Positions 57,087 to 64,000 of a DNA stretch of 64,000 bases are shown piece after piece. The notes under the pieces were generated by a model. It searched no databases and was not told the origin of the DNA. It saw only the letters and a list, made by a program, of their open reading frames with translations. Made by a program: the position numbers and the translations under genes. How positions within the stretch are numbered: position 1 is the first letter of the stretch; the number at the start of each line of letters is the position of its first letter. The stretch is from Candidatus Hermodarchaeota archaeon (lineage in GTDB: Archaea > Asgardarchaeota > Lokiarchaeia > Sigyniarchaeales > SOKP01): assembly GCA_048885925.1 (NCBI GenBank), contig JBHLLG010000001.1:163105-227104 (forward strand), written 5' to 3'.

Positions 57087-57875
57087 ATGGATTCATTAGA
57101 AACAATAGATACGAAAAAAATTGAGAGGGCTGCTAGGTTACTACTTAATTCAAAATATGCAATAATATTAACTGGAGCAGGAATTTCAACAGAATCAGGA
57201 ATTCCAGATTTCAGAGGTAAAGATGGAATTTGGGAAAAATACAGACCAGAAATATATGGAAGTATTCAATCATTTTTAAAAGATCCATCCAAGTTTTGGA
57301 AAATGGCAGAAGAACTCGCACCAATGCTATTTAATGCAGAACCAAATCTAGGTCATTATGCTATTACCGAACTTGAAAATATGAATATTATTAAAGCAAT
57401 TATTACTCAAAATGTTGATGAATTACATCAAAAAGCAGGTTCGATCTTAGTATATGAAGTTCATGGTAATATAAATAGATTTACATGTTTAGGATGCCGA
57501 GCTAGCTATACTAAAGAGCAAATGTTACGAAAATTAAAGAAAGAAAAAGTACGTCCGCCAGTTTGTGATTATTGTGCTGCACCTTTGAAACCTTCTGTAG
57601 TTTTATTTGGAGAAAATTTACCTAATTTTGAAAAATATATGTCAATCGATCTAGCAAAAAAAGCAGATATTATGCTAATCGCCGGATCTTCTCTCGAAGT
57701 AGCACCAATTTGTAATTTACCATTATATACCTTAGGAGAAGGCGGAAAGTTAATTATTGTCAATGATGAGCCAACAGATCTAGATGAGAGAGCTGAAGTT
57801 GTTATTAACAATAAAATAGGAACTATTTTACCTTTAATAGTAGAAGAAGTCAAAAGAATTAAAGCTATGGGATAA
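57087..57875 (+). CDS. cobB: NAD-dependent protein deacylase (Sir2/CobB)
   Basis: GAGISTESGIPDFRG, TQNVDELH, VHG, CxxC...CxxC, VVLFGE, GSSL. Confidence 0.92.
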   Translation: MDSLETIDTKKIERAARLLLNSKYAIILTGAGISTESGIPDFRGKDGIWEKYRPEIYGSIQSFLKDPSKFWKMAEELAPMLFNAEPNLGHYAITELENMNIIKAIITQNVDELHQKAGSILVYEVHGNINRFTCLGCRASYTKEQMLRKLKKEKVRPPVCDYCAAPLKPSVVLFGENLPNFEKYMSIDLAKKADIMLIAGSSLEVAPICNLPLYTLGEGGKLIIVNDEPTDLDERAEVVINNKIGTILPLIVEEVKRIKAMG

Positions 57876-57929
57876 TTTTAATCATAGATTTAAATATTTT
57901 TAATAAAGTATTATTTTAAGTCTAATTAA

Positions 57930-59519
57930 ATGATAACTGAGAATATTATTGTTAAAGATTGGAGAACTATTGATTTTTCCTTCGGATTAGTTTACCCTAA
58001 TATCTTTAAAATTGGGATGTCTTCATACTCGATTAAACTTCTCTATTTCTTAATAAATTCTTTTAAAAATATTGTTTGTGAACGCATTTTCTTACCTGAA
58101 AACATTAATCTAAAATTTCCCGCATCGAAAGATTATTCTTCAAAAACTCTTCTGCGTTCTATTGAAAACAAAATATTACCAAAAAACTTCGATATTTTAG
58201 GATTTTCAACACATTTCGAAAATGATTTTAAAAATATATTATGGATATTAGAAAAAGCAGAGATTCCATTGACTTTTCAAGAACGTCAGGAACTAATAAA
58301 TGAAAGTCAAGCTCAAGTGCCAATAGTAATAGCGGGGGGTCCTGTAATAACCTCAAATCCAATACCTTTAAGCAAATTTTTTGATATTATGTTTATAGGG
58401 GATTCAGAAAATAATTTAAAATCATTCTTTCAAATATTTCAGATTTATATAGAACAAAAAATGAATTTTAAGGAGTTTTTAGTAAAAGTAAGTGAAGTAG
58501 AAGGGATTTATGTTCCTGCACTAAAGAATAAAGTATCAAGAGCTATACTTAAAAATCTTGATGATTCACCCAATCCAATCCTTCAATTAATTTCAAAAGA
58601 ATCAAAAGAAAAAAAAGTTTTTGAAAGTAACTTTTTAGTAGAAATAAATAGAGGGTGTCCTTATCAGTGTAAATTCTGTATCTCATCTTTCCATAACTCT
58701 CCATTCAGAAATAGAAGTTTTGAAAGTATTAAAAAAGTAATAGAGGATGGAATAAAATTTTCTAATTTTAATACGATTAGTCTTATAGGATCCTGTGTAT
58801 CGTCTCATCCAAAATTTATTGAAATTTGTAAATTCATAAGAGATAGTGGAAAAAGATTAACCATTCCTTCAATTCGAATTGAGCATCTAACTCCAGAAGT
58901 TATACACTTATTAGAAAAAGCAAACATTAAGACGATTACTATTGCTCCAGAAGCGGGTTCAGAAGATTTAAGATTTGCACTTGGAAAAAAAATATCTAAT
59001 GAAAAAATATATTCCGTTTTAAAGCAAATTAGAGACTCTCAAATTAAAAATGTTAAATTTTACTTCTTAATAGGATTACCTAATGAAGAAGAGGAGAATA
59101 TTGACGATATTATTAACTTATTACAATCAATTGATAATTTAGGTTTTGAAAGAGGTTCATTACGGGTAAATATTAATCCTTTCGTTCCAAAACTTAATAC
59201 TCCTTATGAAAAAGAGGTATTCTTCTATTTAGAAGATAATTTGAAAGAACTAACCAAGAAATATCAAAAATTAGAAAAAGAACTAAAAAAATTAATATCA
59301 ATAAAAATAAAATTTAAAAATTTCAAATTTATTATAAAGAATTTTAGACTCCAAACAGTGATTTCCTTAGGAAATAAAAATATTTCAGATATTCTTTTAC
59401 ATTATTATTTTAATGGCGCTTCTTTTGGAGCTTTGCAAAAAGCTGAGAGAGAATTTGAATTCTATATGAATAAATATTTATTAAAGATTAAAGATTGCTA
59501 TAGCCCTTGGGTTATTTAA
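57930..59519 (+). CDS. Radical SAM protein with B12-binding-like N-terminal domain
   Basis: LVYPN...GMSS, IAGGP, EINRGCPYQCKFC, TIAPEAGSE, YFLIGLP, FVPK. Confidence 0.85.
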   Translation: MITENIIVKDWRTIDFSFGLVYPNIFKIGMSSYSIKLLYFLINSFKNIVCERIFLPENINLKFPASKDYSSKTLLRSIENKILPKNFDILGFSTHFENDFKNILWILEKAEIPLTFQERQELINESQAQVPIVIAGGPVITSNPIPLSKFFDIMFIGDSENNLKSFFQIFQIYIEQKMNFKEFLVKVSEVEGIYVPALKNKVSRAILKNLDDSPNPILQLISKESKEKKVFESNFLVEINRGCPYQCKFCISSFHNSPFRNRSFESIKKVIEDGIKFSNFNTISLIGSCVSSHPKFIEICKFIRDSGKRLTIPSIRIEHLTPEVIHLLEKANIKTITIAPEAGSEDLRFALGKKISNEKIYSVLKQIRDSQIKNVKFYFLIGLPNEEEENIDDIINLLQSIDNLGFERGSLRVNINPFVPKLNTPYEKEVFFYLEDNLKELTKKYQKLEKELKKLISIKIKFKNFKFIIKNFRLQTVISLGNKNISDILLHYYFNGASFGALQKAEREFEFYMNKYLLKIKDCYSPWVI

Positions 59520-59533
59520 ATAGAATAAAAAAT

Positions 59534-60037
59534 TTAATCAATTTTTTTAAATACTTTTTTCACGGCTCCACAGACAGGACATTTTTCAGGAGGATCTCCT
59601 TCATGTGTGTATCCACATACAGGACAAATATAGATATCTTTTTTCTTTAAGTCTTTTCCATTCTCAATAGCTTCAAAAGCAACCTTATATAATTTATGGT
59701 GAACCTTCTCTACTTCGTTGGCATAATTAAATGATCTTTCTGCAACTTTATTCCCTTCTTTTTTAGCATTTTCAATAAACTCAGGATACATATTTGTAAA
59801 TTCATGATGCTCACCGTCTATTGCTTCCTGAATGTTTTCTTTTGTGGATTTTATCCCACCAAGAGCTCTAAGATGGTTATGAGCATGTACAGTTTCTGCA
59901 GCGGCTGCAGCTCTAAAAACTTTAGCTACTTGAGGAAATCCCTCATTTTCAGCCTTTTCAGCAAAAGCTAAATATTTACGATTTGCCTGCGATTCACCTG
60001 CAAAAGCCATCATTAGGTTTTCTTCTGTTTTTGACAT
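59534..60037 (-). CDS. rbr: Rubrerythrin
   Basis: AFAGESQA, ETVHA, EKVHH, C-terminal CPVCG...CPVCG. Confidence 0.93.
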   Translation of the reverse strand: MSKTEENLMMAFAGESQANRKYLAFAEKAENEGFPQVAKVFRAAAAAETVHAHNHLRALGGIKSTKENIQEAIDGEHHEFTNMYPEFIENAKKEGNKVAERSFNYANEVEKVHHKLYKVAFEAIENGKDLKKKDIYICPVCGYTHEGDPPEKCPVCGAVKKVFKKID

Positions 60038-60204
60038 AACATTTGCACATCTAATAAAATTTTATTAAAAGATCATATTTGGAAATTTTTTAACTTGTTT
60101 TTTATAATTCATAAATTAAACAGTAATATTGGAAGTTCTATGTATGAATTATGCTTTAAAAATGTAAATAATGAGTTTGAATTTAAAAATTAATTTATAT
60201 AATA

Positions 60205-61005
60205 CTAATTTGTAAGTATTTTAGTAATAGATTCAGATATTTGAGAAAAATAACATTCAGCTACTCCAACTTTTACGTAGTACTCAAAAACTAGAATTAT
60301 AAAGTACTTATTTTTAACATATTCAGAAAAGATAAATCTCTTATCTTTAAGAGTATAAAAAAGTTTTAATATAGAATTATTATAGATTTTAACTCGAAAC
60401 TCAACCTCTTTTAAGAAATTTTTCAATTCTAATTTATTGTATGAAGAATATATAACTTCTCCTCTGTCAGTTAAAACAATAATTCCATCAATATCGTCAA
60501 TTATCGTAATTCCTTTTACATATTCAATTATTTTTGCTTCTAAATCTAAATCGAACTCAGTACTAAGCACATCATCTATTATATTTTCGATGATGTCATT
60601 AAATTCTCCATCATATACTATTTTATCGTCAATGTTAATTCTTTTTTTTATTATATAACCCATAATTCGCTTATTGACTTTTGAAATAATTTCCTCAAGA
60701 AACATTTCATTTTCAATAGTATCACATAAAATGTTATAATTTATGGAACCTTTTTCAAAAATTACAAATTTTACATCTCCCATTTCTATTGTTTTAAACT
60801 TTTTTCCAATCATTTCCTTAGAAAATGACATTAAAGCAGTAATAAAGGGAGAAACTAGGTTTTTCTCTGCTTTAAAATAATCTGTGAAACTTTTACCATA
60901 AAAGCAGATACCTGCTTTATTATAAATAAATAGATTATGAATATTAATATTTTTATAAAAACGCTTGATAATTGAAGGTGTTGGCATTTGATTTTGTATA
61001 CCCAT
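60205..61005 (-). CDS. Tandem longin + roadblock/longin-like domain protein
   Basis: HNLFIYNKAGICFY...LVSPFITALMSFSKEM...KTIEMGDVKFVI (longin-like) followed by DGIIVLTDRGEVIYS (roadblock-like). Confidence 0.65.
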   Translation of the reverse strand: MGIQNQMPTPSIIKRFYKNINIHNLFIYNKAGICFYGKSFTDYFKAEKNLVSPFITALMSFSKEMIGKKFKTIEMGDVKFVIFEKGSINYNILCDTIENEMFLEEIISKVNKRIMGYIIKKRINIDDKIVYDGEFNDIIENIIDDVLSTEFDLDLEAKIIEYVKGITIIDDIDGIIVLTDRGEVIYSSYNKLELKNFLKEVEFRVKIYNNSILKLFYTLKDKRFIFSEYVKNKYFIILVFEYYVKVGVAECYFSQISESITKILTN

Positions 61006-61061
61006 GATAAAATATTAAAAACGAACTATAAAAAGCACAAACTTTTCAATCTTCAACTAAA

Positions 61062-62081
61062 TTAAAACTTAGTATCGTTTATTTCATCAATCCATGAATG
61101 AACTCCCTTGAAATCTATTTTTATAGGTAGAATTTGGATTCCTTCCTTTATTAACTCCTGTTCAATTTCATTTTTAGACCCTTTAGCTGCTAGAATTGTT
61201 GCTGAACCACCACCCCCAGCACCATTTAATTTGAATCCAATTGCTCCATTTTTTCTTGCAATGTATTCAGTTTTTTTTATTAGTGAATTGGTCATCAAAG
61301 GATGTAATTTTTGTTGTGCTTCCCAATTTTTGTTTATGATATTACCTATTAATTCAAGATCTCCTGAATAAATAGCACTTTTCATCTCATAAGCATAATT
61401 CCTAATGGCTTTAAATGAATTAATAGTAAATTCATCACCTTTTTGATAATTTCTAATAACTGCTTTATGCATCTCATCCGAGCTTCTTGAACTTAAATAA
61501 ACCAAAATCAATTGTTTTTCAAGTTGATGAATTTTATCATTATCAAGTTTTATTGGAGTAATTTTCACAAGGGGATAATTAATCTCCATAAAATTAATAC
61601 CACCAAAAGCAGCAGCATATTGGTCTTGAACGCCACTTTCTATTTTTAATTCTTCTACCTCAAGTTTATGAGCTAATTGCGCAATCTGCTCTGGTTTTAG
61701 ATCCTTATGGGAAAAAAGAGACAATGCGCTAATTAAAGCAACTGCAACACTTGCACTTGTTCCAGTTCCGCAACCAGGGGGTGCCTCTGCCTTGATATTT
61801 ACATCAATACCACTTTTAATATTCATTCGTTTTACTGCAGCTTTCAATAAATCAAGAGTTCCATCATATTCAATTTTATTAAAATCGAGAATCATAGTTT
61901 GTAAATTTAAATTCTCTGAAACAATATTGATTATATTTTTATTATTTCGTATAAGCCGAACACTACTATAAAGATCAACACTAATATTAAAAACAGCACC
62001 TTTTGGATAAAACCAAGTGTCAGTCCATCCTCCAATATCACATATTCGAATAGGTGCTCTTGAAATTATGACATTACTCAA
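61062..62081 (-). CDS. GHMP-family sugar kinase (HddA/fucokinase/glucuronokinase clade)
   Basis: RAPIRICDIGGWTD, PPGCGTGTSAS, GVQDQYAAAFGG, KLNGAGGGG. Confidence 0.88.
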   Translation of the reverse strand: MSNVIISRAPIRICDIGGWTDTWFYPKGAVFNISVDLYSSVRLIRNNKNIINIVSENLNLQTMILDFNKIEYDGTLDLLKAAVKRMNIKSGIDVNIKAEAPPGCGTGTSASVAVALISALSLFSHKDLKPEQIAQLAHKLEVEELKIESGVQDQYAAAFGGINFMEINYPLVKITPIKLDNDKIHQLEKQLILVYLSSRSSDEMHKAVIRNYQKGDEFTINSFKAIRNYAYEMKSAIYSGDLELIGNIINKNWEAQQKLHPLMTNSLIKKTEYIARKNGAIGFKLNGAGGGGSATILAAKGSKNEIEQELIKEGIQILPIKIDFKGVHSWIDEINDTKF

Positions 62082-62159
62082 TAAAAATCACGATTGATGT
62101 AATATCTATAAAAATATTTTTTTAATTATAATTTATCATAATGATAAGAATTTATTGAT

Positions 62160-63968
62160 TTAATTAATAGATTTTTTCTCAACAAAATTTTGTCCCAAAT
62201 CAATTATGCGAGTAAATAGGAGATAAGAAAATGGATAAAAGATAATCCATAGAAAAATTCCAATGACCTTGGTTTTTAGGATCTTTCTTTTTTTATTTAT
62301 TATTTTAGGAATTTTGTAATAAATAAGCTTCTTTTCATTTTTTTTTTCACTTATTATTCCTTTCCTATTAAAACCTTGTTGAAATTGATTTTTTTTTAGT
62401 GGTGATTTAAAATCCCTGTAGACCCATATAAACCAACCTGCAAAATATTCTTTCGAATTAATAGTTTTAATTGTATAATCTATGATATTTAATTGTTTTT
62501 CTTCACTGTATTTTATCTGTTTATTCCAATCTGCATGAAATCCATACTTTGCTCCTGCTCCAAATTCTGTATAAATCCAAGGTTTATTAAAAGCTGATGT
62601 TCTAATGATATCTAAAATTAAACTAATCATTTTTTCATGACCATAATACCAGCCAAAATATGTATTTATAGTCGCTACGTCAACGTATTTTCTTGTTAAA
62701 TCAGGTATCAATTTTCTTGAAACACATGTAATAATCCGAGTATCATCTAGCTGTCTTGCGAAATTGATTAACTTTTTAGTAAAGTTAGCACATTTTCTTT
62801 CATGTAAAGGAACTTCATTTCCTACACTCCACCAAATTACTGAGGGGTGATTTATATCGCGTTTAATAAGTTCTTTTAACATATTTTCTGCTGTATTATA
62901 AGTAAGAGTATTTTTAAAATCGCAGTGTTGATATACAGGAATCTCTTCAAGTATTAACATTCCTATTTTATCTGCTATAATAATTAAATCTTCATCATGA
63001 GGATAATGAGCTGTTCGAATAGAATTAAAACCAAGAGATTTGATGTTTTCAATATCTTCTTTTCGCTTCTCATATGGAATTGTTCTCCCATAGGGCATAC
63101 ATTCTTCATGTAAACTAATGCCTTTCATGTAGATTTTTTCTTTATTTAAATAAATATGAATTCCATTGATTTCAATTTGTCTTATGCCAAAATGAGTATG
63201 AAAAATTAAAGAATCTTCAGACTTAAGTGAACTATTATAAATTTTAAGAGAATATAGATAAGGAGTTTCTGGACTCCATAATTTAGGATTATAAACAACT
63301 AAAAAAAAACCTCCTTTTCTAGTCTTATCATGAGCAGTTCCTTCAAATAATATTTTTTCTTCTAAATTGTCCAATACCTGCCATTTTATTGATAGCTCTC
63401 CAATAATGTTATAGAAAACATCAACTATACTCTCTTGTCTTGTCTTTAATTTTGTTTTAATAGTAATATTTTCTATTCTATTTTTATTTAAAATTAATAT
63501 ATCTACATCTCGATAAATTCCCCCCCAGTTAAACCAATCGAACGAAAACCCTGGGATTCTATTTGATTTTCTTTCGTTATTAGTTCTAACAACCAGAAAG
63601 TTATTTTTTTCTTTAATTAGATCACTAATATCAAAATAAAAAGGTGTAAATCCCCCTTTATGTTGACCTAAATATTTTTCATTAAACCATACTTTTGTAT
63701 TGTAATTAGATCCCTTGAATCTAATTTTATAGTCAAATTTACTATTATCTCTCCTATAATTCAAGTCAAATTGATAGAAATGCCAAAAAGTACCTTCAAA
63801 AGTCTCAAATCCGTTAAGAAGGTTATAACTATGGGGGATTTCGATATCAATTAGATTATTATGACTTATATTGTAACCTTCTTGAAAAAACCATTTTTTT
63901 TGAATTCCTAAATCCGCAATATCAGGTTTACATTTCCATTTTCCGTTAAGAGAAATAGTTTTCATCAA
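62160..63968 (-). CDS. GH2 beta-glucuronidase with C-terminal hydrophobic helix
   Basis: FDWFNWGGIYRDV, RTAHYP, WSVGNE (acid/base), YFGWY, TEFGA (nucleophile), NRKG (GUS N-K motif). Confidence 0.82.
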   Translation of the reverse strand: MMKTISLNGKWKCKPDIADLGIQKKWFFQEGYNISHNNLIDIEIPHSYNLLNGFETFEGTFWHFYQFDLNYRRDNSKFDYKIRFKGSNYNTKVWFNEKYLGQHKGGFTPFYFDISDLIKEKNNFLVVRTNNERKSNRIPGFSFDWFNWGGIYRDVDILILNKNRIENITIKTKLKTRQESIVDVFYNIIGELSIKWQVLDNLEEKILFEGTAHDKTRKGGFFLVVYNPKLWSPETPYLYSLKIYNSSLKSEDSLIFHTHFGIRQIEINGIHIYLNKEKIYMKGISLHEECMPYGRTIPYEKRKEDIENIKSLGFNSIRTAHYPHDEDLIIIADKIGMLILEEIPVYQHCDFKNTLTYNTAENMLKELIKRDINHPSVIWWSVGNEVPLHERKCANFTKKLINFARQLDDTRIITCVSRKLIPDLTRKYVDVATINTYFGWYYGHEKMISLILDIIRTSAFNKPWIYTEFGAGAKYGFHADWNKQIKYSEEKQLNIIDYTIKTINSKEYFAGWFIWVYRDFKSPLKKNQFQQGFNRKGIISEKKNEKKLIYYKIPKIINKKRKILKTKVIGIFLWIIFYPFSYLLFTRIIDLGQNFVEKKSIN

Positions 63969-64000
63969 ATTTTTCCGTAGTTTTGAATTAAATCTATGAT

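Noticed and set aside
57087-57875. Sir2 protein as an anti-phage NADase (Thoeris/DSR-like)
   Set aside because: It has the canonical zinc-binding CobB-type deacylase architecture and a housekeeping neighbourhood.
209-61371. Numerous 60-146 aa ORFs antisense to or overlapping long genes (e.g. 209-481, 9519-9839, 22774-23214, 27262-27576, 34471-34809, 57569-57853, 61108-61371)
   Set aside because: Shadow ORFs of well-supported genes, with no motifs or SD and a composition typical of reverse-frame translation.
1-64000. CRISPR arrays, tRNA/rRNA genes, transposases, integrases, reverse transcriptase/DGR
   Set aside because: No regularly spaced repeats, GC-rich structured RNA segments or relevant protein motifs were seen. 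Paralogue similarity reflects gene duplication, not template/variable repeats. A short ncRNA could be missed by eye.

Overview
A very AT-rich, gene-dense archaeal chromosomal segment, most likely from an Asgard archaeon (Lokiarchaeia/Promethearchaeia). Evidence: archaeal uS15 and eS1, two tandem longin/roadblock-like proteins, an SCP2 protein, an AbrB-PhoU regulator and expanded hydrolase paralogues; the taxonomy is inference. No rRNA, tRNA, CRISPR array or mobile element was recognised. Main blocks: (1) 3-10812, three giant paralogous TPR/alpha-SNAP-like helical proteins sharing a core and a Cys-containing linker but carrying swapped C-terminal effectors (two nitrilase-family hydrolases with intact E-K-C triad, one RING-like zinc finger); this is the best candidate for an undescribed modular sensor-effector system. 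(2) 14499-20631, a MoxR AAA+/VWA/SWIM operon in which the VWA protein begins with an apparent copy of the MoxR lid helix. (3) 20686-32352, a putative ester-lipid scavenging cluster: five alpha/beta hydrolases (one lacking the Ser nucleophile), an MFS transporter, an acyl-CoA ligase, three GDPDs and SCP2. (4) 33821-49880, a 16-kb operon with a MacB/LolD-type ATPase and two FtsX-type permeases flanking a giant surface protein and a membrane-anchored subtilase with a cytoplasmic zinc ribbon. (5) 49902-63968, housekeeping and metabolic genes, ending in a tail-anchored GH2 beta-glucuronidase next to a GHMP sugar kinase. Two genes appear to start at non-canonical ATT codons 6 nt after an SD-like motif. 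All functional calls come from motif recognition by eye; no searches were run.
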